DNA of 57,194 nucleotides from an uncultured Frankiales bacterium (GTDB taxonomy: Bacteria; Actinomycetota; Actinomycetes; Mycobacteriales; SCTD01). Every line of letters starts with the position of its first letter. Position 1 is the stretch's first letter. The position numbers were made by a program, and so were the translations under genes. Positions 16,672 through 26,213 of this stretch are shown piece after piece. Below the pieces are notes generated by a model. It did not search any database. It was not told the DNA's origin and worked only from the letters and a program-made list of their open reading frames with translations. The DNA lies in NCBI GenBank assembly GCA_966212015.1, contig CBIHPE010000001.1:1-57194 (forward strand), given 5' to 3'.

Positions 16672-19600
16672 TGCGGCGGTACTGCCCTCCGACCTCGAAG
16701 AAGGCGTCCGAGATCTGGCCGAGCGAGCAGTGCCGGACGGCCTCCATCAGCGCCTCGAAGACGTTGCCGCCCTCGGTGGCCGCCTTCTGCAGGGCAGCGA
16801 GGGCGGCCGGCGCCTCGGCGCGGTGGCGGGCGTGGAAGTCGTGCAGCCGGTCGAGCTGCGACTTCTTCTCCTCCTCGGTGGCGCGGGCGAGCTCGACGGT
16901 CTGTGGCTCGTCGTCGGTCGCGGGGGGCAGGAACGTGTTGACGCCGATCAGCGGCAGCGAGCCGTCGTGCTTCTTGTGCTCGTAGAGCATCGACTCGTCC
17001 TGGATCCGACCGCGCTGGTAGCCGGTCTCCATCGCGCCGAGGACGCCGCCGCGCTGCGCGATGCGGTCGAACTCCTGCAGCACCATCTCCTCGACCAGGT
17101 CGGTGAGCTCGTCGACGACGAACGAGCCCTGGAGCGGGTTCTCGTTCATCGACAGGCCCCACTCCTTGTCGATGATCATCTGGATGGCGAGCGCCCGGCG
17201 CACCGACTCCTCGGTCGGTGTCGTGACGGCCTCGTCGTAGGCGTTCGTGTGCAGGGAGTTGGCGTTGTCGTAGAGAGCGCAGAGCGCCTGCAGGGTGGTG
17301 CGGATGTCGTTGAAGTGCATCTCCTGCGCGTGCAGGGAGCGACCGCTGGTCTGGACGTGGTACTTCAGCTTCTGGGAGCGGTCGTTGGCGCCGTACTTCT
17401 CCTTCATCGCGACGGCCCAGATGCGGCGGGCGACGCGGCCCAGCACCGTGTACTCGGCGTCCATGCCGTTGCTGAAGAAGAACGACAGGTTCGGCGCGAA
17501 GTCGTCGATGTGCATGCCGCGCGCGAGGTAGGCCTCGACGTAGGTGAAGCCGTTGGACAGCGTGAAGGCGAGCTGGCTGATGGGGTTCGCCCCGGCCTCG
17601 GCGATGTGGTAGCCGGAGATCGAGACCGAGTAGAAGTTGCGCACCTGGTGCTCGATGAACCACTGCTGGATGTCGGCCATCATCCGCAGCGAGAACTCGG
17701 TGGAGAACAGGCAGGTGTTCTGGCCCTGGTCCTCCTTGAGGATGTCGGCCTGCACGGTGCCGCGCACGTTCTGCAGCACCCACTCGCGGACCTCGGCCGG
17801 GTCGGCGTCGGGGCGCTTCTCGAGCTCCTGGTCGATCGCCGTGTTGAGGAACATGGCGAGGATCGTCGGAGCCGGGCCGTTGATCGTCATCGACACCGAC
17901 GTCGTCGGCGAGCAGAGGTCGAAGCCGCTGTAGAGGACCTTCATGTCGTCGAGCGTCGCGATGCTGACGCCGGACGTGCCGACCTTGCCGTAGATGTCGG
18001 GGCGCAGGTCGGGATCGCGGCCGTAGAGGGTGACCGAGTCGAACGCCGTGCTCAGCCGGGTGGCCGGCTGGCCCTCCGACAGCACCTTGAAGCGCCGGTT
18101 GGTGCGGAACGCGTCGCCCTCGCCGGCGAACATGCGAGCGGGGGCCTCGCCGACTCGCTTGAAGGGGAAGACCCCTGCTGTGTAGGGGAAGTAGCCCGGA
18201 AGGTTCTCGCGACGGAGGAAGCCGACCAGCTCACCGTGGTCCTCCGTGCGGGGGATCGCCACGCGACGGACCTTGTTGCCTGACAGCGTCTCGCGGGTCA
18301 GCGGCGTGTGGATCTCCTTGCCGCGGACGGTGTAGACCAGCTCGTCACCGGAGTACTCCTCCACGCGCGAGGGCCACTCGTCGAGCAGGGCCTGCACCTC
18401 CGGGGAGACCGTCGTGCGGTCGAGCGCGGCCTGCAGCTCGCCGGTGTCCTTGACCAGTGCCAGGGCGGTCGTGACGTGCTGGCGGGTGCGGGCCAGCGCG
18501 GCCTGCCGCCTGGTCTCGGCGTGGTAGTCGCGGACGGCCGCGCTGATCTCCGAGAGGTAGCGCTCGCGGGCGGCGGGCAGCACCGACGTGAGGTCGGTGC
18601 TGACCGTCGTGTCGACGTGCGGGAGCAGACCGGCCGGGAGCCCCAGCAGGGTGCGGAGCTCCTGGTAGAGCGCGGTGACGCCGTCGTCGTTGAAGCGGGC
18701 GGCGGACGTGCCGAACACCGGCATCTCGTCCGGGTGGGCGCTGCTGCCCGTGCGGTTGCGGGCGACCGTGCGGGCCACGTCCCGGCGGGCGTCCTCGGCG
18801 CCGCGGCGCTCGAACTTGTTGATGGCGACGACGTCGGCGTGGTCGAGCATGTCGATCTTCTCGAGCTGGCTGGACGCGCCGTACTCCGGGGTCATGACGT
18901 ACAGCGACACGTCGCAGTGGTCGGTGATGGACGCGTCACCCTGGCCGACGCCCGGTGTCTCGACGATGACCAGGTCGAAGCCCGCGGCCTTGCAGGCGTT
19001 GATGATGTCGTCCAGGTGCTCCGGGACGGCAGCGTTTCCGCGGGTGGCGAGCGACCGGAAGTAGACGTTGCTGCCCGAGAGGCTGTTCATCCGGATCCGG
19101 TCGCCGAGCAGGGCGCCTCCGTGCTTGCGCCGGGTCGGGTCCACGGCGATGCAGGCGATCCGGAGCTTGTCCTCCTGATCGACGCGCATCCGGCGTACGA
19201 GCTCGTCCGTGAGGCTGGACTTGCCCGACCCGCCGGTGCCCGTGATGCCGAGGACCTTCACGTCCTTGGCGCTGTCGCGCATGGCCGCAGCCAGCTCGGG
19301 GGAGCGGCCGTCCTCGAGCACGGTGATGGCGCGCGCGAGCGCGGCGACGTCTCCGGAGAGCACGTCCTCCACGGCCGGCGGCTGGGCGGCGAGGTCGACG
19401 TCGCACGCCTCGACCAGCGTGTTGATCATCCCCGCGAGACCGAGCCGCTGGCCCTCCTCGGGGGAGAAGATCGTGACGCCACGGCTCCTCAGCAGCGCGA
19501 TCTCCTCGGGGACGATGACGCCTCCACCACCGCCGAAGACCTGCACGTGGCCGGCGCCCACCTCGGCGAGACGCTCCTTGAGGTAGGTGAAGTACTCGAC

Positions 19601-19813
19601 GTGGCCGCCCTGGTAGGAGCTGACCGCGACCCCCTGCACGTCCTCCTGCACGGCGGCCTGGACGACCGACTCGACCGAGCGGTCGTGCCCGAGGTGCACG
19701 ACCTCGGCTCCCTGGCTCTGCAGGACGCGACGCATGATGTTGATCGCAGCGTCATGGCCGTCGAAGAGCGAGGCCGAGGTCACGAAGCGGACAGGGTTCA
19801 CCGGCGTGTGCAT
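16664..19813 (-). CDS. icmF: Fused isobutyryl-CoA mutase (B12 domain - MeaB-like GTPase - mutase domain)
   Basis: 1049 aa. N-terminal B12-binding region (LFDGHDAAINIM...GVAVSSYQGGH), P-loop GITGTGGSGKSS, and a long methylmalonyl-CoA-mutase-like C-terminal domain. Confidence 0.93.
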   Translation of the reverse strand: MHTPVNPVRFVTSASLFDGHDAAINIMRRVLQSQGAEVVHLGHDRSVESVVQAAVQEDVQGVAVSSYQGGHVEYFTYLKERLAEVGAGHVQVFGGGGGVIVPEEIALLRSRGVTIFSPEEGQRLGLAGMINTLVEACDVDLAAQPPAVEDVLSGDVAALARAITVLEDGRSPELAAAMRDSAKDVKVLGITGTGGSGKSSLTDELVRRMRVDQEDKLRIACIAVDPTRRKHGGALLGDRIRMNSLSGSNVYFRSLATRGNAAVPEHLDDIINACKAAGFDLVIVETPGVGQGDASITDHCDVSLYVMTPEYGASSQLEKIDMLDHADVVAINKFERRGAEDARRDVARTVARNRTGSSAHPDEMPVFGTSAARFNDDGVTALYQELRTLLGLPAGLLPHVDTTVSTDLTSVLPAARERYLSEISAAVRDYHAETRRQAALARTRQHVTTALALVKDTGELQAALDRTTVSPEVQALLDEWPSRVEEYSGDELVYTVRGKEIHTPLTRETLSGNKVRRVAIPRTEDHGELVGFLRRENLPGYFPYTAGVFPFKRVGEAPARMFAGEGDAFRTNRRFKVLSEGQPATRLSTAFDSVTLYGRDPDLRPDIYGKVGTSGVSIATLDDMKVLYSGFDLCSPTTSVSMTINGPAPTILAMFLNTAIDQELEKRPDADPAEVREWVLQNVRGTVQADILKEDQGQNTCLFSTEFSLRMMADIQQWFIEHQVRNFYSVSISGYHIAEAGANPISQLAFTLSNGFTYVEAYLARGMHIDDFAPNLSFFFSNGMDAEYTVLGRVARRIWAVAMKEKYGANDRSQKLKYHVQTSGRSLHAQEMHFNDIRTTLQALCALYDNANSLHTNAYDEAVTTPTEESVRRALAIQMIIDKEWGLSMNENPLQGSFVVDELTDLVEEMVLQEFDRIAQRGGVLGAMETGYQRGRIQDESMLYEHKKHDGSLPLIGVNTFLPPATDDEPQTVELARATEEEKKSQLDRLHDFHARHRAEAPAALAALQKAATEGGNVFEALMEAVRHCSLGQISDAFFEVGGQYRRNV

Positions 19814-19823
19814 GCGCCGAGGA

Positions 19824-19882
19824 TACGTGGACGTCCTCGCAGTTGGCTAGTCCCTAAGTTACTTCCAAGTACGTGGACGTCC
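19824..19882. promoter_or_regulatory. Two copies of TACGTGGACGTCC in the icmF / acyl-CoA dehydrogenase divergent intergenic region
   Basis: Exact 13-mers at 19824-19836 and 19870-19882, each containing the palindrome GGACGTCC. The second sits in the 16-bp near-palindrome ACGTGGACGTCCATGT. Confidence 0.45.
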
Positions 19883-19897
19883 ATGTACTTTGGCATC

Positions 19898-21040
19898 ATG
19901 CTCACCCAGGAGAACCTCGACCTCCGCGCCGCCGTCCGCGATCTCGTCACCGACAAGATCGCCCCCTACGCGGCGGCCGTCGACGAGGAGGCGCGCTTCC
20001 CTCAGGAGGCCTACGACGCGCTCCGGGCGGCTGACCTGCACGCCATCCACGTCCCCGTCGAGCACGGCGGCAACGGCGCTGACGCCCTGTCCGCCTGCCT
20101 CGTCATCGAGGAGGTCGCCCGCGGGTGCACGAGCTCCTCGCTCATCCCCGCGGTCAACAAGCTCGGCTCGCTCCCGATCATGCTCAACGGCACCGAGGCC
20201 CAGAAGGCGCAGTGGCTCGCGCCGCTTGCCAAGGGGGACGCGCTGTTCTGCTATGCGCTGTCCGAGCGGGAGGCCGGCTCCGACGTCGCGTCGATGCGCA
20301 CGCGGGCGGAGTGGACCGGCGACGAGTGGCTGCTGAACGGCGTGAAGTGCTGGATCACCAACGCCGGCGAGGGTGACAGCTACACGGTCTTCGCCGTCAC
20401 GGACCCGGACGCCAAGCGCGGTCAGCACATCAGCGCGTTCCTGGTGTCGAAGACCGATGAGGGCGTCTCCTTCAGCACTCCCGAGCACAAGATGGGCATC
20501 AAGGGGTCGCCGACCCGCGAGGTGCACTTCGACAACGTGCGGCTCCCGGCCGATCGCCTGCTCGGTGAGCGCGGGCAGGGCATGCGCATCGCCATGCAGA
20601 CGCTGGATCACACGCGCGTGACGATCGCCGCGCAGGCGCTCGGCGTGGCCCAGGCCGCGATCGACCTCGCCGCGTCCTACGTCAAGGAGCGGCAGCAGTT
20701 CGGCAAGCCCATCGCAGCGAACCAGGGCGTGCAGTTCATGCTCGCCGACATGGCCATCAAGCTCGAGGCCGCCCGCGCGCTGACCTACCTCGCTGCGGAG
20801 AAGAGCGAGGCGCACGCTCCTGACCTGACCTACTTCTCGGCCGCAGCCAAGACCGCGGCGAGCGACGCGGCCATGGCGATCACGACCGACGCCGTCCAGC
20901 TCCTCGGCGGCTACGGCTACACCCGCGACTTCCCGGCGGAGCGCCTCATGCGCGACGCCAAGATCACCCAGATCTACGAGGGGACCAACCAGGTCCAGCG
21001 CATCGTGCTGGCCCGCGAGCTGCTGAAGACAGTGAGATAG
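19898..21040 (+). CDS. Acyl-CoA dehydrogenase (short/branched-chain type)
   Basis: 380 aa from MLTQENLDL; ATG 19883 is also possible. ACAD motifs YALSEREAGSD, KCWITNAG, and catalytic-base region IYEGTNQVQRIV. Confidence 0.9.
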   Translation: MLTQENLDLRAAVRDLVTDKIAPYAAAVDEEARFPQEAYDALRAADLHAIHVPVEHGGNGADALSACLVIEEVARGCTSSSLIPAVNKLGSLPIMLNGTEAQKAQWLAPLAKGDALFCYALSEREAGSDVASMRTRAEWTGDEWLLNGVKCWITNAGEGDSYTVFAVTDPDAKRGQHISAFLVSKTDEGVSFSTPEHKMGIKGSPTREVHFDNVRLPADRLLGERGQGMRIAMQTLDHTRVTIAAQALGVAQAAIDLAASYVKERQQFGKPIAANQGVQFMLADMAIKLEAARALTYLAAEKSEAHAPDLTYFSAAAKTAASDAAMAITTDAVQLLGGYGYTRDFPAERLMRDAKITQIYEGTNQVQRIVLARELLKTVR

Positions 21041-21052
21041 GGACGGCGACAG

Positions 21053-21901
21053 GTGAAGAACGTCGGAGTGATCGGCGGCGGCACCATGGGTGCCGGCATC
21101 GCCGAGGTGTGCGCCAAGGCCGAGAAGGATGTCATCGTCCGCGAGATCAACGACGCGGCGATCGACGCGGGTCGGGCCCGGGTCGCCTCGAGCCTGGACC
21201 GCGCCCTGCGCGGAGGGCGGCTGGAGCAGGAGGCCTACGACGCCATCCTCGGCCGGATCCGCTGGACCACCTCCTTCGAGGAGCTCGGCGACCGCGACCT
21301 GGTCATCGAGGCGGCGCCCGAGAACGAGCAGCTCAAGCTCGACACCTTCCGCACCCTCGACCAGGTCGTGCAGCCCGGAGCTGTCCTCGCCTCCAACACG
21401 AGCTCCATCCCGCTGGTGAAGATGGCGGCGGTCACGAAGCGCCCCGACAAGGTCGTCGGCGTGCACTTCTTCAACCCCGTGCCGGTGCTGCCGCTGATCG
21501 AGATCGTCGAGTCGCTCCTCACCGGACCGGACACCCTGCTCGCGGTCACGGACTTCGCGGAGAAGGACCTGCACAAGCAGACGATCCGCTCCAAGGACCG
21601 CGCCGGCTTCGTCGTGAACGCGCTGCTCGTGCCGTACATCCTGAGCGCCATCCGCATGCTCGAGTCGGGCTTCGCGTCCGCCGAGGACATCGACCTGGGC
21701 ATGGTCAAGGGCTGCGCGCACCCGATGGGCCCGCTGCACCTCGCGGACCTCATCGGCCTCGACACCTGCGCTGCGATCGCCGAGTCGATGTACACCGAGT
21801 TCAAGGAGCAGCTCTTCACGCCGCCGCCGCTCCTGCTGCGCATGTGCGAGGCCGGCCTGCTCGGCCGCAAGACCGGGCAGGGCTTCTTCGCCTACGCCTG
21901 A
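21053..21901 (+). CDS. 3-hydroxybutyryl-CoA dehydrogenase
   Basis: 282 aa. NAD motif VGVIGGGTMGAGIA. The 3HCDH N- and C-domains are recognisable (HFFNPVPVLPLIEIV, GFVVNALL). Confidence 0.92.
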   Translation: MKNVGVIGGGTMGAGIAEVCAKAEKDVIVREINDAAIDAGRARVASSLDRALRGGRLEQEAYDAILGRIRWTTSFEELGDRDLVIEAAPENEQLKLDTFRTLDQVVQPGAVLASNTSSIPLVKMAAVTKRPDKVVGVHFFNPVPVLPLIEIVESLLTGPDTLLAVTDFAEKDLHKQTIRSKDRAGFVVNALLVPYILSAIRMLESGFASAEDIDLGMVKGCAHPMGPLHLADLIGLDTCAAIAESMYTEFKEQLFTPPPLLLRMCEAGLLGRKTGQGFFAYA

Positions 21902-21989
21902 CGGGGTGGTGGGAGCACCCACTCGGATCACCCAGGTGTGTGCGGTGTTCACGTCGTGAGCGGTGTTGCGCGCCCGTAACGTGAAACGC

Positions 21990-22841
21990 ATGACTGCAGC
22001 TGCCCCCGCCCGTCAGGTCGTCACGCACGAGGTCAACGGCCTCACCGTGACCGAGTGGCCCGGCGAGGGCCCGACGGTCTTCTGCCTGTCGGGGCTCGGC
22101 AGCCACGCGCCGACGTGGGCGCCGTTCGCGGCGTCCGTCCCCGCCGCGCGCGTCTTCGGCATCGACCTGCGCGGTCGCGGCACCGGCCAGGGCCTGACGG
22201 GTCCGACCGGCCTGCGGCAGCACGCGAAGGACGTCGCAGCCGTCCTGGAGGCGCTCGACCTGACCGACGTCGTCCTCGTCGGCCACTCGATGGGTGCCTA
22301 CCTGGCCCCCGTCGTCGCCCAGGAGACGCCCCGGCTGAAGAAGCTCGTGCTCGTCGACGGGGGCATCCGCCCGGCGCTCCCGTTCTTCATGAAGCCGGGC
22401 CTGGTCCGGATCACGTTCCGCAAGCAGCTGAAGGACGCGGACAAGACGTTCCCGTCCGTCGAGGCCCTTGCCGAGAAGGCGCGCGTCGGGAAGATGCTCG
22501 CGGACCGCCCCGACCTGAAGCCGGCGCTGCTCGAGATCCTGGCCGCCGAGTCGCAGCAGGCGGACGGCTTCCGCCCGAAGCTCGACGTCGACCGCTGCGT
22601 CGCCGACGCCGTCGACTGCTTCTTCGGCCCGGACAACGCCCCGGCCCTGGCCGCCCTCGACCTCCCGACCGACGTGTTCCTCGCCGAGCACGCCAAGGGG
22701 ACCACCGACAAGCCGTTCGTGTCGGACAAGGCCGTCACCGAGGCCGTCGCGAAGCAGCCGCTGCTCAACGTGAAGCGCCTGCCCGGCAACCACGTCACCG
22801 TGCTGTTCGCTCCCGAGGTCGCTGCGGCGGTCCAGGCGTGA
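21990..22841 (+). CDS. Alpha/beta hydrolase
   Basis: Nucleophile elbow VLVGHSMGAY. Start taken at ATG 21990; GTG 21963 is possible. Confidence 0.8.
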   Translation: MTAAAPARQVVTHEVNGLTVTEWPGEGPTVFCLSGLGSHAPTWAPFAASVPAARVFGIDLRGRGTGQGLTGPTGLRQHAKDVAAVLEALDLTDVVLVGHSMGAYLAPVVAQETPRLKKLVLVDGGIRPALPFFMKPGLVRITFRKQLKDADKTFPSVEALAEKARVGKMLADRPDLKPALLEILAAESQQADGFRPKLDVDRCVADAVDCFFGPDNAPALAALDLPTDVFLAEHAKGTTDKPFVSDKAVTEAVAKQPLLNVKRLPGNHVTVLFAPEVAAAVQA

Positions 22842-24406
22842 GGCGCGCCATCGCAGCTGTTGCGATCGTCGGGCTGACGGCCGCCTGCGGCTCCACGGTT
22901 CAGGTCAAGGACCAGGCGACGCTCGGCGGCAACGGCTTCGGCCAGAGCGGCCTCGGCGGCACATCGGGGGGCAGCGGGACGGGTACGACGACGGCCGGTC
23001 TCGGTGGCGGGACGACCGGGCTTGGCGGGTCGGGCAGCAGCACCGGTGGTTCCCTCAGGGGCTCGGACGCGACCGGTGCCGCCGGCACCTCATCCACCGG
23101 CGGTTCGACCGGCACGTCCTCGACGAGCGGGCTCATCCCCGTCGCGGGCAACGGGAAGATCCCGGCCTCGGGGCCGGGCTGGGACGCGAAGCACGTCTAC
23201 ATCGGCGTCACGACCCAGAAGGACGTGAACACCGCAGCCCAGGCCGCGGGTGCGAACGGGCTCGACGCGGGTGACCAGGAGGCAGAGGTCAAGGCCGTCG
23301 CGGCCTACCTCAACGCGCAGGGCGGGCTGTTCGGCCGGCAGATCGTGCCCGTGTTCAAGGACGAGGCGACGGTCGCCACCCAGCAGAACCCGGACCAGGC
23401 CGGGGCCCAGACCTGCAGCTACTTCACGAGCGACCGGAAGGTCATCGCGCTCTTCAGCCCGGTGACCCTCATGGACGTCGACAGCTTCCGCAGCTGCATG
23501 GCCCAGCACCACGTGCCCCTCTTCAGCGCCAGCGTCGCTGCGGTCAGCCAGCAGATCTCGCACAAGTACGCGCCGTACTTCTTCCAGTCGGTCGCCCCCA
23601 CGTGGGACGCGCTGGCCCCGGCGTTGGTCAAGGGCCTGAGCGATCAGGGCTACTTCGCGTCTGCGTGGAACACCAGCGCAGGCAAGTCCGTGCCCGGCAA
23701 GGCCACCATCGGCATCATCACCGACAACACTCCGGGTGGTAAGCAGACCGGCGCCATCCTCAAGCGCACGCTCGAGTCAGCCGGGCACCCGGTGAAGTCC
23801 GTCTTCGAGTACGACTCCAAGAACAACAGCACGCTCAGCTCGGCGGTCCTCCAGTTCCGCGGCAACGGCATCGACCACGTGCTGTCCACGGACTCCGCCC
23901 TCGTCGCCTTCCAGCTGCAGGCCGCCAGCCAGAGCTACATGCCGCGCTACGGCGTCTCGTCGATCAACGCGCCGATCACGTTCCTGCAGACCAACGGCGG
24001 CGCGGCGCAGAACGCCGGCGACGTCGGCGTCGGATGGGCGCCGACCCTGGACGTCGACGACGCGAACGACCCGGGTGTCGTGACCGAGGGTCAGCGCACC
24101 TGCAACGGCATCATGGCGAAGGCGCACCAGAACCTCACCGGCAAGCGGCTCGGCCGGGCCGTCGCCTACGCCTTCTGCGACGGGCTGACGCTCATCGCGA
24201 AGGGCGCGACAGCCGGCGGCGGCCTGACCGGCGTCCAGATCTACAACGGGATGCTGAAGTTCGCGCCGTCCTTCTCGAGCGCCTTCAGCTTCGCGCCGGG
24301 CCTGTCGGACAACCGCCTCTTCATCCCCGGTGGGGTGCGCCCGCTGGCTTTCAACAGCAGCTGCGCCTGCTTCCGCTACGCCTCGAAGACCACGTCCCGG
24401 ATGTGA
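22838..24406 (+). CDS. Orphan type-1 periplasmic-binding-fold (LivJ-like) solute-binding lipoprotein with a Gly/Ser/Thr-rich linker
   Basis: GTG 22838 gives VRRAIAAVAIVGLTAACG (lipobox) and a GTGA overlap with the upstream stop. A ~90-aa G/S/T linker precedes a PBP1-like domain (HVYIGVTTQKD...). The 5' part of ORF 22055-24406 is a shadow frame. Confidence 0.75.
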   Translation: MRRAIAAVAIVGLTAACGSTVQVKDQATLGGNGFGQSGLGGTSGGSGTGTTTAGLGGGTTGLGGSGSSTGGSLRGSDATGAAGTSSTGGSTGTSSTSGLIPVAGNGKIPASGPGWDAKHVYIGVTTQKDVNTAAQAAGANGLDAGDQEAEVKAVAAYLNAQGGLFGRQIVPVFKDEATVATQQNPDQAGAQTCSYFTSDRKVIALFSPVTLMDVDSFRSCMAQHHVPLFSASVAAVSQQISHKYAPYFFQSVAPTWDALAPALVKGLSDQGYFASAWNTSAGKSVPGKATIGIITDNTPGGKQTGAILKRTLESAGHPVKSVFEYDSKNNSTLSSAVLQFRGNGIDHVLSTDSALVAFQLQAASQSYMPRYGVSSINAPITFLQTNGGAAQNAGDVGVGWAPTLDVDDANDPGVVTEGQRTCNGIMAKAHQNLTGKRLGRAVAYAFCDGLTLIAKGATAGGGLTGVQIYNGMLKFAPSFSSAFSFAPGLSDNRLFIPGGVRPLAFNSSCACFRYASKTTSRM

Positions 24407-24434
24407 GCCGGCTGAGCCGTGAAAGGCTGGCCGC

Positions 24435-25301
24435 GTGAACGTCCTGGTGATCGGTGAGGCACTCGTCGACCGGGTGACCCGGACCGACGGGACGGTCGTC
24501 GAGCGCGTGGGCGGCAGTCCGCTCAACGTGGCCGTTGCCCTCGGTCGGCTGGGCCTCGAGGTGCAGCTCCTCACGGCCCTCGGCGACGACGCCCACGGGG
24601 CAGCGGTGCGTGAGCACGCCACCGCTTCCAAGGTCGACGTGCTGGCCGCGCCGGTGCCGCGCACCGCGGTGGCGGACGCGAGGCTCGATGCGGCGGGCGC
24701 CGCGAGCTACGGGTTCGACATCGCCTGGGACCTCGCCGGTGCGCCGTCTCCGCGACCTGCCGACTGGCTGCACGTCGGCTCGATCGCGACGGTGCTGCAA
24801 CCGGGTGCCGCGCTGGTCCGCGAGCTGGTCGAGGGCTTCGAGGGCACGGTCAGCTTCGACCCGAACTGCCGCCCGCTGCTGACCCCCGAGCCCGACCTGG
24901 GCGCGGTCGAGGCGATCGTGGCCCGTTGCGACGTCGTCAAGCTGAGCGACGAGGATGCCGAGTTCCTGCTGCCGGGCATGCCGCTCGGAGACGTCCTCCG
25001 GCGCTGGCGCGGCCTCGGCCCGCGGCTCGTGGCCGTCACGCGGGGTGCGTCCGGCGCGCTGGCGCTCGGTGACGACCTCGTCGAGATCCCTGTGCCTGCG
25101 GGCGGTCCGGTCGTGGACACCGTCGGTGCCGGCGACACGTTCATGGCCGGCCTCATCGCGTCCGAGGGTCGCTCGTTCGAGCTCGCAGCAACTGCTTCGC
25201 GCGTGGTCGTGTCCCGCGTCGGTGCCGACCCGCCTTGGCGGCAGGAGCTGTCATCTGCGCTGCAGGACGAGCTGTCGTCTGCACTGCAGCACGAGCTGTG
25301 A
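24435..25301 (+). CDS. PfkB-family carbohydrate kinase (fructokinase-like)
   Basis: 288 aa. N-terminal VLVIGEALVD, GGSPLNVA. C-terminal ATP motif DTVGAGDTFMAGL. Unusual duplicated tail ELSSALQDELSSALQHEL. Confidence 0.85.
   Translation: MNVLVIGEALVDRVTRTDGTVVERVGGSPLNVAVALGRLGLEVQLLTALGDDAHGAAVREHATASKVDVLAAPVPRTAVADARLDAAGAASYGFDIAWDLAGAPSPRPADWLHVGSIATVLQPGAALVRELVEGFEGTVSFDPNCRPLLTPEPDLGAVEAIVARCDVVKLSDEDAEFLLPGMPLGDVLRRWRGLGPRLVAVTRGASGALALGDDLVEIPVPAGGPVVDTVGAGDTFMAGLIASEGRSFELAATASRVVVSRVGADPPWRQELSSALQDELSSALQHEL
25245..25298 (+). repeat. 24-bp tandem duplication (2.25 units) at the 3' end of the kinase gene
   Basis: GAGCTGTCATCTGCGCTGCAGGAC / GAGCTGTCGTCTGCACTGCAGCAC / GAGCTG. Three mismatches between the two full units. 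Confidence 0.9.
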
Positions 25302-26068
25302 TCCTGACCAGCGACGGCGTGCAGCTGCACGTCCGCGACGAGGGAGCGGGTCGTCCCGTGGTCCTGCTCCCCGGCTACGGCGCGGCCGCCACCGGCTTCC
25401 ACCCGCAGACCGCCGCCCTCCGTGACGCCCACCGGGTCATCGGTGTCGACCGGCGCAGCCACGGCCGCTCCGACCGGCCCGAGTTCGGGCAGCGGATGTC
25501 CCGGCACGGCAAGGACGTCGCCGACGTGCTCGACGCCCTCGGGCTCGACGACGTGCTCCTCGTCGGCAGCTCGATGGGAGCGAACGTCGCGCTCGCCTAC
25601 GTCGACTTGTTCGGCACCTCCCGCCTGCGCGGGCTCGTGCTCATCGACCAGACGCCGAAGATGGTCAACGAGGGCGACTGGCAACTGGGGTTTCACGGCC
25701 TCACCCGCGACAACCTCGACGCCTGGGTCGCAGCCTTCCCGGCAGGTCTCAACCCGTTCCACACGATGCCGCCGGCTGAGGTGCTCGCGGCCGTCGCCGA
25801 CGGCCCGGAGTTCTCGGTCGACGGCACGCGAGCGCTGCTGCGCGACCACGCCGAGGCCGACTGGCGCGACGTCGTCGCCCGGGTCGGCGTCCCGCTCGTC
25901 GCCGTCGCAGGTCGGCACAGCCCGACCTGGCCCTGCGAGCACGCCGAGTGGCTGGCGGAGGCCGCGCCGCTGGGTGAGGTGCACGTCTTCGAGGAGAGCG
26001 GCCACGTCCCGTTCCTCGAGGAGCCTGTGGCCTTCAACGCACTCCTGCTCGAGGTAGCAACCCGCTGA
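25298..26068 (+). CDS. Alpha/beta hydrolase
   Basis: GTG 25298 (GTGA overlap with the kinase stop) gives VILTSDGVQLHVRDEG. HG-like VVLLPGYG. Nucleophile elbow LLVGSSMGAN. Confidence 0.8.
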   Translation: MILTSDGVQLHVRDEGAGRPVVLLPGYGAAATGFHPQTAALRDAHRVIGVDRRSHGRSDRPEFGQRMSRHGKDVADVLDALGLDDVLLVGSSMGANVALAYVDLFGTSRLRGLVLIDQTPKMVNEGDWQLGFHGLTRDNLDAWVAAFPAGLNPFHTMPPAEVLAAVADGPEFSVDGTRALLRDHAEADWRDVVARVGVPLVAVAGRHSPTWPCEHAEWLAEAAPLGEVHVFEESGHVPFLEEPVAFNALLLEVATR

Positions 26069-26137
26069 CCCCCGCAGCGTCCTCGTAGGTGGCGCGGCAG
26101 TCAGGCTCAGGAAAAAGGACGCAAGGGAGGGTGGGGG

Positions 26138-26173
26138 AGACCTCCACGGTCTGGATCGATCCGTGGGAGGTCT
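26138..26173 (+). terminator. Hairpin AGACCTCCACGG / CCGTGGGAGGTCT with an 11-nt loop
   Basis: 12-bp stem with one extra G, 70 nt after the hydrolase stop. No U-tract, so the terminator function is uncertain. Confidence 0.3.
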
Positions 26174-26213
26174 GTACGTACTTTCGCGCGGGTTTCCGCC
26201 GTACCTTCGAGTC

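Noticed and set aside
15815-18283. 822-aa plus-strand ORF opposite icmF
   Set aside because: Antisense to a gene with unambiguous IcmF motifs. Low-complexity Arg/Gly/Val/Asp-rich translation.
18308-19897. 5' two-thirds of the 910-aa ORF 18308-21040
   Set aside because: This part is antisense to icmF and has a shadow-frame composition. The acyl-CoA dehydrogenase homology begins only at MLTQENLDL (19898), so the long N-terminal extension is not coding.
22055-22837. 5' extension of the solute-binding ORF (783-aa version)
   Set aside because: The extension overlaps the alpha/beta hydrolase gene out of frame and is Arg/Pro-rich. The lipoprotein signal begins at GTG 22838.
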